A stretch of 64,000 nucleotides of DNA from a bacterium (GTDB lineage Bacteria > Fidelibacterota > Fidelibacteria > Fidelibacterales > Fidelibacteraceae): assembly GCA_963676395.1 (NCBI GenBank), contig OY781066.1, forward strand, positions 192,001 to 256,000. Direction: 5' to 3'. The first letter of the stretch is position 1. Each line of letters starts with the position of its first letter. Shown here piece by piece: positions 50,059 through 60,639 of this stretch. The notes under the pieces are model-generated. The model ran no database searches. It had not been told where the DNA came from and saw only the letters and a program-made list of their open reading frames with translations. The position numbers and the translations under genes were made by a program.

Positions 50059-50595
50059 TTATTTATCGCTTTTCAACTTACTGTATACTTTCAGGTCAGT
50101 GTAGCTATTCTCTGTCAGTAATTCTCCATCTCTCTCAATTCCTTCAAATTGGAATCCCAATCTTTCAGGTATTTTAATACTGGCTGTATTCTCAACAGCA
50201 CATTTAATCTGAATGCGGTTCATCGCCAGTTCCTCAAAGGCAAAATGACACAATTTTGCTACGGATCTTGACACAATACCTTGCCCCTGATAGTTTTTGG
50301 ATATCCAGTAGCCGATTTCTGTTTTTCGATTTAGTCTATCTGTATCTTTAAAACCGATTAAACCAATAAATTGATCTTGTTTTCGAATTGTAAATACATA
50401 TTCAAATTTGTCATCGACGGCAGAAACAATAGAGTCTACAAAACTTTTCGTGTCAGATACTTTTTTAGTAAACTCTACGAAAGGCAGCCATTTCCCCAGA
50501 TACTCCCTTTGACCATCAATTATATTGAAAATATCTATCGAGTCTGTAGCTTTTAATTGCCTTAACTCAAGTTCTACGTCAACTTTTAATATCAT
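50059..50595 (-). CDS. GNAT acetyltransferase (RimJ/RimL family)
   Basis: REYLGKWLPFV, EIGYWI, YQGQGI, NTASIKIPERLGFQFEG. Confidence 0.9.
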   Translation of the reverse strand: MILKVDVELELRQLKATDSIDIFNIIDGQREYLGKWLPFVEFTKKVSDTKSFVDSIVSAVDDKFEYVFTIRKQDQFIGLIGFKDTDRLNRKTEIGYWISKNYQGQGIVSRSVAKLCHFAFEELAMNRIQIKCAVENTASIKIPERLGFQFEGIERDGELLTENSYTDLKVYSKLKSDK

Positions 50596-50612
50596 AAGCT
50601 AACTTATAGATT

Positions 50613-51116
50613 TTAATTATTTGTTATTAATTTAATAGCTTCCGAGAGCAACATGGGTTTATATACCGTTAATTGATCTATAAGCCAATATCCTTCTGTT
50701 TTCCTATAGAATCTTTCCCGCATTGAAACACCGGAAAGTATATAGTGCGAAATAGTCTCATGAGAACCATCCGGATGAAAATTATGTGAATAACATTCTA
50801 TATGTTCCTTCTCAGCATGTGCATAGCCCACAGCAAAGGTATTGTCATCAATCAAAGCTAAAGATGCCACTTCTTTTTTTCTATCATCCCAATAATAAGT
50901 TGTGACCATCCTAAAATCCAATTCGGGTACTGTTTTAACCTGATACACACGTGATGAATCCGGAGCATATTCCCAGTAGATCATGTGTACAAGGCTTGAA
51001 TCCCCCGAATCACTATAATGCCCTTCCCATATTTGTCCCATATAAGGCTCAAAGATCTCGAGTGGGTTTGCAAGGAGGAGGGTGGTGAATGCAATAAATA
51101 AAATTATTCTTTTCAT
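50613..51116 (-). CDS. Hypothetical exported protein
   Basis: Signal-peptide-like MKRIILFIAFTTLLLA; no family recognised. Confidence 0.55.
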   Translation of the reverse strand: MKRIILFIAFTTLLLANPLEIFEPYMGQIWEGHYSDSGDSSLVHMIYWEYAPDSSRVYQVKTVPELDFRMVTTYYWDDRKKEVASLALIDDNTFAVGYAHAEKEHIECYSHNFHPDGSHETISHYILSGVSMRERFYRKTEGYWLIDQLTVYKPMLLSEAIKLITNN

Positions 51117-51259
51117 AAGATTTTCAATCATCTCTTTTGTTTGCTTTGTTATAGATATCAAATACAATATCTTTCTTTATTATAATTGCATTTTTATTCA
51201 GGACAAAATCTTTTTAGAAATTCTACAGATGCTTATCCATGTAATCTGAGAATAGATAA

Positions 51260-51844
51260 TTAAAGCTTAATCTCAATCACCGGCTGTTCCGAATTTAAAT
51301 CCAAATCCCATTGATACTGCATGGTCTTTTTATCCAATTTGACCTTCTTATCGGCATTGTTGTCTGTCACTTTCATTTTCTTGGGAATCGTAATATTAAG
51401 TTTGCCTTTGAGCTTAATGCCAAGTTCTTCCATGCTTTTGCGACCTTCATCTTCGATCTTGACTCCGGAAATAGTCAGCAAATTGTCATCATATTCAAAG
51501 GCATAAAATTTGAGATCCTTATCCAAGAAATAATGATCGCTACCTCGTTCCACATCATTTTCATAGCTGACAGAGAGCTTCCCTTTACCGAGATTCTTAA
51601 TACTGGAGTAACCTTCATCTTTACTAAGTTCAACGACGATCTCATCGACCTCATCTCTTGTGTCATCATCATATTCACCTTTTGACATAGCTTCCAATGC
51701 CGGTGCATAATTGAGTTCGCCTTTGTATTCGTAATCTACACTACCAATTTTATTGACCGTAATATTCATTTCGTAATTGTCCGGGATAAGGCAAGATGTT
51801 AACAGCAAAACTGTTAGTACAAGTAAAATGATTGATTTTTTCAT
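51260..51844 (-). CDS. Hypothetical lipoprotein (LppM-like beta-rich)
   Basis: Lipobox LTSC; paralogous to the N-terminus of 52934-55303. Confidence 0.65.
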   Translation of the reverse strand: MKKSIILLVLTVLLLTSCLIPDNYEMNITVNKIGSVDYEYKGELNYAPALEAMSKGEYDDDTRDEVDEIVVELSKDEGYSSIKNLGKGKLSVSYENDVERGSDHYFLDKDLKFYAFEYDDNLLTISGVKIEDEGRKSMEELGIKLKGKLNITIPKKMKVTDNNADKKVKLDKKTMQYQWDLDLNSEQPVIEIKL

Positions 51845-52009
51845 TTTCGATCCCTTTAAGTTAAATTAAAATTCCGTCGTTTAAAATAGCTCCTTCACTT
51901 CGCAGCGTTCAGGATGACATAATAAGAGCATTATACTACTTACTTACTACTTACTACTCACTTCCCTCTATCATCTCTGTTCAGAGTCATGCCGAAACAG
52001 GATTACCGA

Positions 52010-52816
52010 TCACTCATTACTGATATGTACATCCATTTGAGGAAAAGGAATATTTAAACCGGCTTTATTAAAAGCTTCGTAGACTTTTTCGTTCATATCG
52101 AAATGTACATCCCAATAATCTTGTGTTTTTACCCAGGCACGTACTACAAAATTAACCGAAGAATCAGCTAACTTTGAGAGTGCAACAAATGAAGGAGGAT
52201 CGTTTAAAATACGTTCATCATTATTACATAGCTCAAGCAAAACCGCTTTAGCCTTTTTAACATCATCACCATAGGCAATACCAAAGGTCCAATCTACTCG
52301 TCGTGTATCTTCTTTGGAATAATTGATCATAGAACCTGTGGATAAACCTCCATTGGGAATATACACGACTTTATTATCGGGAGTAGTTAATAGAGTATTA
52401 AATATATGGATCTCATTAACAATTCCCGTATAACCTTGCGCTTCGATAAAATCACCGGGTTTAAAAGGTTTGAGAATCAATAAGATTACACCCCCGGCAA
52501 AATTCTGTAAAGTTCCCGATAATGCCATACCAACAGCCAAACCGGCAGAAGCCAGTAAAGCGGAAAAAGAGATCATCTCGATGCCAAAGATCGGCATAAC
52601 CGAAAGAAACAAAAGAATATTTAACAAGAAACTTACGACACCCTTTATAAAAGGGATCAAAGCATTGTCAAGTTTACTTTTACCAAGTACCCTGGTAAGG
52701 TTTTTTTTAATAACACGAATGACGATAAATCCTACGATCAGTAGTGCAATACCACCCGCTACTCTGGGAGCATACTCGATCACAAGATCCAATAATTTCT
52801 GCAAGGCATCTTCCAT
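52010..52816 (-). CDS. mscS: Small-conductance mechanosensitive channel
   Basis: AGLAVGMALSGTLQNFAGG, KPFKPGDFI, IPN, IPFPQMDVH. Confidence 0.93.
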   Translation of the reverse strand: MEDALQKLLDLVIEYAPRVAGGIALLIVGFIVIRVIKKNLTRVLGKSKLDNALIPFIKGVVSFLLNILLFLSVMPIFGIEMISFSALLASAGLAVGMALSGTLQNFAGGVILLILKPFKPGDFIEAQGYTGIVNEIHIFNTLLTTPDNKVVYIPNGGLSTGSMINYSKEDTRRVDWTFGIAYGDDVKKAKAVLLELCNNDERILNDPPSFVALSKLADSSVNFVVRAWVKTQDYWDVHFDMNEKVYEAFNKAGLNIPFPQMDVHISNE

Positions 52817-52933
52817 CTTGATTTCCTTTGTATGTTGATAAAACAACGTTTCAATTTAAATGATTACAGCTTTATAAAGCCAGCTAAATTAATAATTTTC
52901 TTTTTAGTCTATCTTTGACAAAAACAATAACAG

Positions 52934-55303
52934 CTAGTCTGTTTCTGTTATTCTAAGTGAATTAATATTGATCAATCTACTAGGATCGACAGAGTAATAA
53001 TACCAATAATTTGTTACAGTATCGTAAATTAAATTCCAGTTGTAATTAGAGTTAAAACTGACATCCTCTCCGGATATTGTTTTTACATCAATAGTATAAC
53101 CATCTTCTAAACTTAAGTTCAATTTCGATCCTTTGGGTGCAAACTCAAACTTATCATAGTAAACATTATTATAATCCTCAGGATCTAACCCCAGATCTGT
53201 GTAGGCATAATGACCCCAAGTCCTACCATAATATCCATTTTCGTTATAAAATTCAGTAATTATCTTATCAAAGAATGTCACCATACTCAATAAATCTGTA
53301 CCATGCTCATCATTGACAGCAATATCAATCCGCTTATCCGATGGTCCCGTTAAAAAACCTGTTCCTCTGTAAGAACCGGCCCTTATACCAACTTCAACTT
53401 CTCCGGGTTCATATTGATATTTTAATGTCAAACTGTATTCTTCGAAGTCATCTTTCTTTTTAACTTTTTCATTAAAAACCGCACCATAAACACCTGAGTG
53501 CTTATGATCCTCAACTTTTTCAAACCCTTCTCCATTAATAACTTCATGTTGTTGATCCAAGCCTAATACCCATTCAGTAAGATCATTTTTAGCTGATCCG
53601 ATACTGGAAACCTTATAATACCATGTTGAAGATCCATCACTGTTATTTTCATATCTTAGATAATCAAATACATATCCATCAATTTCGGTATCACCACCTA
53701 TTTCAATCACATCGTCAGCACCGTTACCCTCACCGTAAACTATTTCCCATAAGTCTTCGGATATATTCGGCTCAACCTTTCCCGTAGGTGAAGTCGTGTG
53801 ACTTTTTATACAAATATAGCCGGATTTTTCGTATATCACAAAATCACCCACAAAGTATGTTTTATAATTACTATTCCATTCTTCGGGCTCCAATGGAATT
53901 TCGGATGGGCCTTTAATTTTACCTTCTTTTACTTCATCTCCGGCATTTATATATGAAAATTCTACTTCACCCGGTTCGTATTGCTCATTTAAAACAAAAT
54001 AAAAATCTTCATAATCATCATTCTTATTGATCGTTTCATAAAAAACCGCACCATACAGACCGATATGCTGATCAGTATACATTCCGCGATATCCCACACC
54101 CCCGGAATTAACCTTTAAGCGTGGACCTAAATTTAGAACAAAACCGGAAAAGTGATGAGCCGAAGCGTTTGTGCTTCTAACAGAATAATTCCATGTGGAA
54201 GTACCATCGGGATTATTTTGGTGTCCTTGATAAATAAAACGAAATCCATCTATCAAAACTGAATTCTCATTGTCAGCATAGGCATCATCATTATTATTGC
54301 CGGGAGCCTTTCCTGTAGGACCATTGATAACAGTTTTCCCGTGCTTCCCCCCGGCAGTTAACGATACCGGCAATAATCCAACTTCATAATTACCCTCTAA
54401 GGTAAAGTAATATGGTTTTAAAACATCACCTTCATCATACCATTCATAAAATGATATCCCATAAATATTACTATTTTTATCTATTCCCGGCCAACCGCTA
54501 TAGTCCTCACATGCATTTAATACATAATGGTCTTTATCTAATGCTAAAACCCAATGATCCAATCCGGGAGTTGCTTCATCGCTCACTTTAATAGTATAAT
54601 TCCAAGTCGATGTCCCATCACCGTTGTCTTTATTTCCAATATAATTGATTTGATAACCCTCTATTTGTACAGAGTTATCTGATTCAACAAAATCATTCGA
54701 GTTACCATTTGAATTATTAAGCTCAATCTTAATATTCGGAATTGGCGTATCTAAGTCTAATTTCCAATTATAATTTGTTGAATTATTTTTCTTTTCTTTT
54801 GACTTGGAATTATGATGACGAACCTTAATGCCATTTTGACATTTTACTTTAAAATTGCCTTTCATATTAATATCAACACTCTTTAATTCAGACTTAACCT
54901 CTGAACTTAACTCTATTCCTTCTATCCTAAGTTCATCAAAGGTACTTGATATTTTAAAAAAGCTTAAATCTTCTGAAATAAAATAAAAATCATCTCCAAA
55001 ATCATTTACAACTCTATAATCTATGTTGAATCTACCTTCACCAAGATAGTCTACAGATTTCATTCCCTCAGTATTTTGAAATTCTTGTATAATTTGACTT
55101 ACTTGTTCATCTTTATATTCATCATACTCACCTCGCACCATAGCATCTACAGCAGGTGCAAATAGGACATCCCCTTTATAAACGACAGCATAAGTATCAT
55201 TACTTTTTACTGTAATTGTAAGCCTATAATCATCGGGAATAAGACATGCGGTATTGGATATACTTGAAAGAAATATACCAAATGCCATTAAAAATGAATT
55301 CAT
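52934..55303 (-). CDS. Multidomain exported protein: lipoprotein-like domain, three ~120-aa repeats, CBM5/12-like module
   Basis: Repeats 'I[DE]G[YF]...N.DG[TS]STW.Y...YG..F...Y..GEV...GP'; 'EWNSNYKTYFVGDFVIYEKSGYICIKSHT...LWE'. Confidence 0.7.
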   Translation of the reverse strand: MNSFLMAFGIFLSSISNTACLIPDDYRLTITVKSNDTYAVVYKGDVLFAPAVDAMVRGEYDEYKDEQVSQIIQEFQNTEGMKSVDYLGEGRFNIDYRVVNDFGDDFYFISEDLSFFKISSTFDELRIEGIELSSEVKSELKSVDINMKGNFKVKCQNGIKVRHHNSKSKEKKNNSTNYNWKLDLDTPIPNIKIELNNSNGNSNDFVESDNSVQIEGYQINYIGNKDNGDGTSTWNYTIKVSDEATPGLDHWVLALDKDHYVLNACEDYSGWPGIDKNSNIYGISFYEWYDEGDVLKPYYFTLEGNYEVGLLPVSLTAGGKHGKTVINGPTGKAPGNNNDDAYADNENSVLIDGFRFIYQGHQNNPDGTSTWNYSVRSTNASAHHFSGFVLNLGPRLKVNSGGVGYRGMYTDQHIGLYGAVFYETINKNDDYEDFYFVLNEQYEPGEVEFSYINAGDEVKEGKIKGPSEIPLEPEEWNSNYKTYFVGDFVIYEKSGYICIKSHTTSPTGKVEPNISEDLWEIVYGEGNGADDVIEIGGDTEIDGYVFDYLRYENNSDGSSTWYYKVSSIGSAKNDLTEWVLGLDQQHEVINGEGFEKVEDHKHSGVYGAVFNEKVKKKDDFEEYSLTLKYQYEPGEVEVGIRAGSYRGTGFLTGPSDKRIDIAVNDEHGTDLLSMVTFFDKIITEFYNENGYYGRTWGHYAYTDLGLDPEDYNNVYYDKFEFAPKGSKLNLSLEDGYTIDVKTISGEDVSFNSNYNWNLIYDTVTNYWYYYSVDPSRLININSLRITETD

Positions 55304-55314
55304 ATTACTCTCTC

Positions 55315-55689
55315 CTATGAATTATATCTGTCTTCAAATTGATCAAGAATATAGGCATCTATAATAAATCCGACACCAACACCTATAGCATAAGCAAGAA
55401 TATCCAAAGGTCTATATGTCTCACCCAGGAAACTATAACCTTGATACTGAAGGATCTCTATCACAAATCCTAAGATCACAAATAATATCACAGCTATCAC
55501 CCTACAGCGGGCAACAACCCAAAAACGCCGTGTGATCAACTGAAATATCAAATATGCATTGGCAAAAAACAACATCTCAAACATATGATTTGCAAAAAAT
55601 CCATCACCAACCGGTTGAAAGTAAATATAAAGCAGAGCTGTCACAACAGCAATTACAACAATAACCGCAACAGACACTTTAGATTTCAT
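55315..55689 (-). CDS. Small membrane protein (VanZ/DUF2809-like)
   Basis: Four hydrophobic segments, 'IEILQ...LGETYRPLDILAYAIG'. Confidence 0.55.
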   Translation of the reverse strand: MKSKVSVAVIVVIAVVTALLYIYFQPVGDGFFANHMFEMLFFANAYLIFQLITRRFWVVARCRVIAVILFVILGFVIEILQYQGYSFLGETYRPLDILAYAIGVGVGFIIDAYILDQFEDRYNS

Positions 55690-55807
55690 AATTTCCCTCA
55701 TTCTTTATCATTACTGCTTAATATAAGGTTTTGAAGCTTATTTTCAAAAAAAAGAAAAAAGGCATAAAGTATAGAGCGTTTAATATTAAGAGTTTAGAGC
55801 TTCATTA

Positions 55808-56398
55808 CTATTTGCGCTTTTCTCTCTGATGATAGGTAAAATCCACTGCAACTCTATCAATAAATCTTCTTCTGTGCTTCTTTTCTTTTTTCAGCTTTAA
55901 TTCTTTTGTTTTAGACTCTTTAATTTTTTTTGTGATCTTTTTTTTCTCAAACTCTATATTGGGACTCCCTTCGGGATCCTTACTTGCGGGATACTTATAA
56001 GGATTTACCCCTGTATAACCATCATCAGCTTCAGGACCAAATTCATTACCTTTCACATCTCCTGGAGACAACATGATTAACAACATCCATATTTGTCCTA
56101 CTATCGGAATAAGTAAAATAAATAATGCCGACCAATCCTTACCGACATCGTGTAGACGTCTCACAATAATAGCCAGAGAAGGAATGGCAATAAAAACAGA
56201 ATAAAAATTATAAAAAGCACCATATTTAATATCGGAAAATATATAATATTCTTTACCTGTCGTACCAAAAATATTATCAAGCATAATCGCTAGCCAAAAG
56301 AAAATAACATTAAACAAAACAAACATCCAAAATGCTTTTCGACCACATCTACCTTTAAAATTAAAATATTGTTTAAGTGCATCAAGATAGTATGTCAT
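55808..56398 (-). CDS. DUF805 (YhaH-like) membrane protein
   Basis: YFNFKGR, FWMFVLFN, VRRLHDVGK, GNEFGP; GAGGT RBS before ATG 56398. Confidence 0.9.
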   Translation of the reverse strand: MTYYLDALKQYFNFKGRCGRKAFWMFVLFNVIFFWLAIMLDNIFGTTGKEYYIFSDIKYGAFYNFYSVFIAIPSLAIIVRRLHDVGKDWSALFILLIPIVGQIWMLLIMLSPGDVKGNEFGPEADDGYTGVNPYKYPASKDPEGSPNIEFEKKKITKKIKESKTKELKLKKEKKHRRRFIDRVAVDFTYHQREKRK

Positions 56399-56630
56399 GT
56401 TGTACCTCGTAATTTTTCTTGGTTTATATATAGACAATTGATTTTATGGGGAATATCTTTTTAAACCAAGAAATAAATAAGCATATAAAGTAGATCAATA
56501 GCCTTTAATACTTAATAAGACTATTGCAATAATTCTTCTTACGACTAACTGCTGGATTCAAAATAAAAGTCCCGCAAACAAAAGTTCACGGGACAGGAGA
56601 GACTAAAACTCGTTTTAGTCAGTTTTTAAA

Positions 56631-56960
56631 TTAACATTTTCCTTTGCACTTATGTTCTTGCTTGCGAACCGCTTCATTATTGCAATTACTTCCATTTTGT
56701 TTCTCTGACTTGTGCTTACGAACTTTTTCACCTGAGCAGTTGCTTTCAGATGCACTTTGTTGAAGTTGTTTACACTCTTTTTTGTTTGTTCTAAGCTCAG
56801 CTTTTTCTTCGGAACATGAACCGCAATGATCTTTGCTGGTATTGTTGATCACTCCACAGTGATCCAATGACCTTGCAGAATGCTCTTCTCCCGCACTTAA
56901 AGGCAAAGCAAAAACAAGCAAAATAACAGTAAGTATTGTAAAGTTAATGATTGATTTCAT
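56631..56960 (-). CDS. Small exported Cys/His/Lys-rich protein
   Basis: Signal peptide, DHCG twice, eight Cys; AGGAGA RBS. Confidence 0.6.
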   Translation of the reverse strand: MKSIINFTILTVILLVFALPLSAGEEHSARSLDHCGVINNTSKDHCGSCSEEKAELRTNKKECKQLQQSASESNCSGEKVRKHKSEKQNGSNCNNEAVRKQEHKCKGKC

Positions 56961-57175
56961 AATGTCTCCTTCCATTTTGACCCATTCTTACTGCAAAGTA
57001 TAGTCAAAGTTCCATTTTTTATTTAATAATTATGATATACTAATGTTTGAATATCTACAAAATACCTATCTAAAATCTCAGGTACTAACCCAATACTATT
57101 AACTTTTAATTCTTCTTTCTGAGCCACAAAATGATTATCTTATTTGATGTTAATTTATACTAATCAGGAGACAAA

Positions 57176-58534
57176 ATGTTAATTGAATCTATTTCGGGTA
57201 TACGTGCGACTATCGGAGACAGTATGACCCCCAAAGAAGTAATTGAATACGCCTCAGCCTATGGTAAATGGGTAAAAAAAGGGACTGTAGTTATTGGTCG
57301 TGATTCCAGAGTTTCTGGTCGCGTGATCTCCATGATCTTTGCCAGCACGCTTCAGTGGTTAGGGTTAGATGTGATCGACATCGGCATCGTTCCCACACCC
57401 ACGGTTCAGCTTCTTACCGAAAAATTCAATGCTCAGGGTGGAATTGCCATTACCGCCTCACACAATCCTTTCCCTTGGAATGGAATAAAATTTATAGATA
57501 AAACCGGTTTATTCCTTGATGCCGATCAAGTGAAAGCTGTTCTTAATAATAAAAAAGAGGCAGATTTTAAATTTCAGGCATCCGGAGATTTTGGTAAATA
57601 TGAAAAAAACCGTGATGCCATTGACATGCACGTTAAAAATGTTTTAAACATTCCCTACCTGGATGTTGATAAGATTCGTGAACGCAAGTTCAAAGTTGTA
57701 ATTGATGCTGTTAACGGTGGTGGTTCTATAGCATTGCCTGCTATGTTGCGTGCCTTGGGATGTGATGTGATCGAAGTCAATTGCGAGCCTGACGGTTATT
57801 TTCCTCATACTCCCGAACCCCTTCCCGAAAACCTTGTTGACTTACTTGATGCTGTTAAAAGAAATAAAGCAGATCTCGGTTTAGCGGTAGATCCCGATGC
57901 CGATCGCTTGGCCGTTGCCGATGAACTTGGGAATTATCTTTCGGAAGAATATACGTTGGTTATGGCGGCTGAAACGGTTCTGTCTCAATCCAAGCTTAAT
58001 AATCCCAAAGTCGTGACCAATCTTTCCACAACCTTAGCCGTTACAAATATTGCCGAAAAATACGGTGCTAAATGTTTACGTACCGCAATTGGTGAAATCA
58101 ATGTTGCTAAAAAAATGAAAGAAGTCAATGCGCTCATCGGTGGCGAGGGCAATGGTGGAATTATTTCCCCCTGCTCACATTTGGGTCGTGATTCATTGGT
58201 CGGCGCAGCTATGGTACTCAATTTCCTTGCAAGCGACGAGAAACCGCTAAGCGAAAAGTATGCAGACTTCCCTCAGTATAAAATGAGCAAACAAAAAATC
58301 GAGATCGGACAAAATGATCCGGAAATAATACTTGAAGAATTAAAAAAGAAATTCTCAAATGAAAATTGTAATACCGTAGATGGTCTGCAAATTAAATGGT
58401 CGGACCGTTGGGTACATATGCGAAAATCTAATACCGAACCCATCCTTCGTGTTTACTCCGAAGCTCCTTCAGCAAAAGAGGCAAATGAGCTGGCAGAACG
58501 TTTTATGGATGAGATCAGAAAATTAATGAGGTAA
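57176..58534 (+). CDS. glmM: Phosphoglucosamine mutase / phosphohexomutase
   Basis: SISGIRA, ITASHNP, DPDADR, GGEGNGG, RKSNTEP. Confidence 0.8.
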   Translation: MLIESISGIRATIGDSMTPKEVIEYASAYGKWVKKGTVVIGRDSRVSGRVISMIFASTLQWLGLDVIDIGIVPTPTVQLLTEKFNAQGGIAITASHNPFPWNGIKFIDKTGLFLDADQVKAVLNNKKEADFKFQASGDFGKYEKNRDAIDMHVKNVLNIPYLDVDKIRERKFKVVIDAVNGGGSIALPAMLRALGCDVIEVNCEPDGYFPHTPEPLPENLVDLLDAVKRNKADLGLAVDPDADRLAVADELGNYLSEEYTLVMAAETVLSQSKLNNPKVVTNLSTTLAVTNIAEKYGAKCLRTAIGEINVAKKMKEVNALIGGEGNGGIISPCSHLGRDSLVGAAMVLNFLASDEKPLSEKYADFPQYKMSKQKIEIGQNDPEIILEELKKKFSNENCNTVDGLQIKWSDRWVHMRKSNTEPILRVYSEAPSAKEANELAERFMDEIRKLMR

Positions 58535-58537
58535 AAT

Positions 58538-59200
58538 ATGAAATTATCAAAATATATTGACCATACACTACTAAAGCCGCAGGCAAATGAAGCGGACCTG
58601 AAAAAACTTTGTAAAGAAGCGATTGATAACGATTTTGCAGCTGTTTGCGTAAATCCTGCAAATGTTGCCTTTTGCGCTCAAGAATTAGCCGGATCAAAAG
58701 TTAAATTGGCATCCGTTGTGGGTTTCCCTTTAGGTGCCTCTATCCCATCGATCAAATCAGCCGAAACTCTTATGGCGGTTGAAGACGGAGCAAATGAAAT
58801 TGATATGGTCATTAATATCGCGGCCTTAAAAGACAAAAAATATGAGCTGGTCGAAGCCGACATTAAAGCTGTTGTTGATTCTGCCGAAGGAAATACGGTA
58901 AAAGTTATTATCGAAACTTGCCTTTTAACTGATGAAGAAAAAATAAAAGCCTGCGAATTATCAAGATCTGCGGGTGCGCACTTTGTTAAGACGTCCACAG
59001 GTTTTAGTACAGGTGGAGCCACAAAAGAAGACGTAGCTTTAATGTATGCAACCGTAGGCAAAGACCTGAAAGTCAAGGCCTCCGGCGGAGTAAGATCTTA
59101 CGAAGATGCCATAGAAATGATAGAAGCCGGAGCAAGTCGTATAGGCACCTCTTCGGGTGTTGCGATTCTTCAGGGAAAAAAAGTTAATACAGATTATTGA
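58538..59200 (+). CDS. deoC: Deoxyribose-phosphate aldolase
   Basis: [36 protein letters not shown]. Confidence 0.97.
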   Translation: MKLSKYIDHTLLKPQANEADLKKLCKEAIDNDFAAVCVNPANVAFCAQELAGSKVKLASVVGFPLGASIPSIKSAETLMAVEDGANEIDMVINIAALKDKKYELVEADIKAVVDSAEGNTVKVIIETCLLTDEEKIKACELSRSAGAHFVKTSTGFSTGGATKEDVALMYATVGKDLKVKASGGVRSYEDAIEMIEAGASRIGTSSGVAILQGKKVNTDY

Positions 59201-59252
59201 TTTCCTATTGGATTTTGAAACTTCTTTCACTATATTCGCCAGTCAATTGAAT

Positions 59253-59335
59253 GCAGCCGTGGCGGAATTGGCAGACGCACCAGATTTAGGATCTGGCGCC
59301 CTCAGGGTGTGGGAGTTCGAGTCTCCCCGGCTGTA
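59253..59335 (+). tRNA. tRNA-Leu (anticodon TAG), CCA not encoded
   Basis: Acceptor GCAGCCG/CGGCTGT; D-loop GGAATTGGCAGAC; anticodon arm CCAGA-TTTAGGA-TCTGG; long variable arm; T-loop GTTCGAGTC. Confidence 0.95.
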
Positions 59336-59352
59336 CAAAGAAATAAGAATCG

Positions 59353-60078
59353 ATGAACATGAGATTTAAGATATCCATTAAGCGCTTTCTAGCACTATTT
59401 GTAACATTATTGCTTTTTCTGGCAATGCAATCTTGCAATGCTAAAAAAACTATCGATTTTAACAACGATGAGGAATACATCCCCTCTCGTCCCGTTTATG
59501 TACCCAATGTTAAACGTTTATTGACCGCTATAGAAGAAGTAAAAACTGTTACGGGCAATACCGAAGTTGATACATTGATCTTGATTGACGGTTATGATAA
59601 TAAATTATTTTTAGTATCCGCTCTTCCTTCGATCAGAATTCTAAAAGAATATACCATGTCGGCATCAAAATATGGATATGGACCCGAAAGAGGTTCAAAT
59701 AAAACGCCTTGGGGCGTTCATAAGATCGATAGCAAATACGGTGACGGAGCTCCTGCGGGCATGTGTTTTTATGATCGTCGTCCAACGGGTGAAATAGCAA
59801 CCATATATACTGACACGACAAATGTAGATAAAGATCCCGTAACGTCCAGGATCATCTGGCTAAAAGGACTTGAAGAAATTAATCGCACCTCCTATTGGCG
59901 ATTTGTCTATATTCATGGGACACATGAAGAAGGCTTATTGGGCACACCTCAATCTCATGGTTGTATTCGTTTGAGCAATCATGATGTTATTGAATTATTC
60001 GACTTGGTTCATGAAGGAACATATGTAAATATCATTCGTCCCCTTGAAGATAATTCAACCACAAACCCACAACACTAA
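59353..60078 (+). CDS. L,D-transpeptidase (YkuD family) lipoprotein
   Basis: TPWG, YIHGT, SHGCIRL; lipobox-like MQSC. Confidence 0.88.
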   Translation: MNMRFKISIKRFLALFVTLLLFLAMQSCNAKKTIDFNNDEEYIPSRPVYVPNVKRLLTAIEEVKTVTGNTEVDTLILIDGYDNKLFLVSALPSIRILKEYTMSASKYGYGPERGSNKTPWGVHKIDSKYGDGAPAGMCFYDRRPTGEIATIYTDTTNVDKDPVTSRIIWLKGLEEINRTSYWRFVYIHGTHEEGLLGTPQSHGCIRLSNHDVIELFDLVHEGTYVNIIRPLEDNSTTNPQH

Positions 60079-60109
60079 ACATCTAGACTCTTCACCCTAA
60101 TTTATTCAT

Positions 60110-60631
60110 ATGAAAATAATAAAAACCAATATCCCGGAAGTAATACACATCCTACCCGATGTATATTCGGACGATCGCGGTTCCTTTATGGAAATATATC
60201 AACTGGAGCGATACAAAAACACCGGTATCAATGTCAATTTTGTTCAGGATAATGTTGTATTCTCAAGAAAACATGTTTTTAGAGGCCTGCATTATCAACG
60301 CCCACCCTACGAACAAGCTAAGCTCATTACCGTTATCAGCGGTAAGATTATTGATATAGCCATCGATATCAGACAGGATTCCCCCACTTATATGGAACAC
60401 ATTCGGGTTACATTAAATAAAAATGAGCAGATTTTCATACCCACCGGTTTCGCACATGCATATTATGTACTTTCCGATGATGCTGTGATTTCATATAAGG
60501 TCTCGGCTCCCTATGCACCTGATCATCAAACCGGAATTCGCTGGGATGATCCAAAGTTAAATCTAAAAGATATTATCCAAGACCCCATTTTGTCCGATCA
60601 GGATAAAAATCTACCATTATTAATCAAATAA
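60110..60631 (+). CDS. rfbC: dTDP-4-dehydrorhamnose 3,5-epimerase
   Basis: DDRGSFME, FVQDN, RGLHYQ, DIRQDSPT, GFAH, GIRWDDP. Confidence 0.93.
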   Translation: MKIIKTNIPEVIHILPDVYSDDRGSFMEIYQLERYKNTGINVNFVQDNVVFSRKHVFRGLHYQRPPYEQAKLITVISGKIIDIAIDIRQDSPTYMEHIRVTLNKNEQIFIPTGFAHAYYVLSDDAVISYKVSAPYAPDHQTGIRWDDPKLNLKDIIQDPILSDQDKNLPLLIK

Positions 60632-60639
60632 GGACCTCT

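Noticed and set aside
59157..59480. ORFs overlapping the tRNA-Leu; tRNA as an integration site
   Set aside because: The ORFs are shadows of the tRNA and neighbouring genes; no integrase or duplicated tRNA 3' end was seen.
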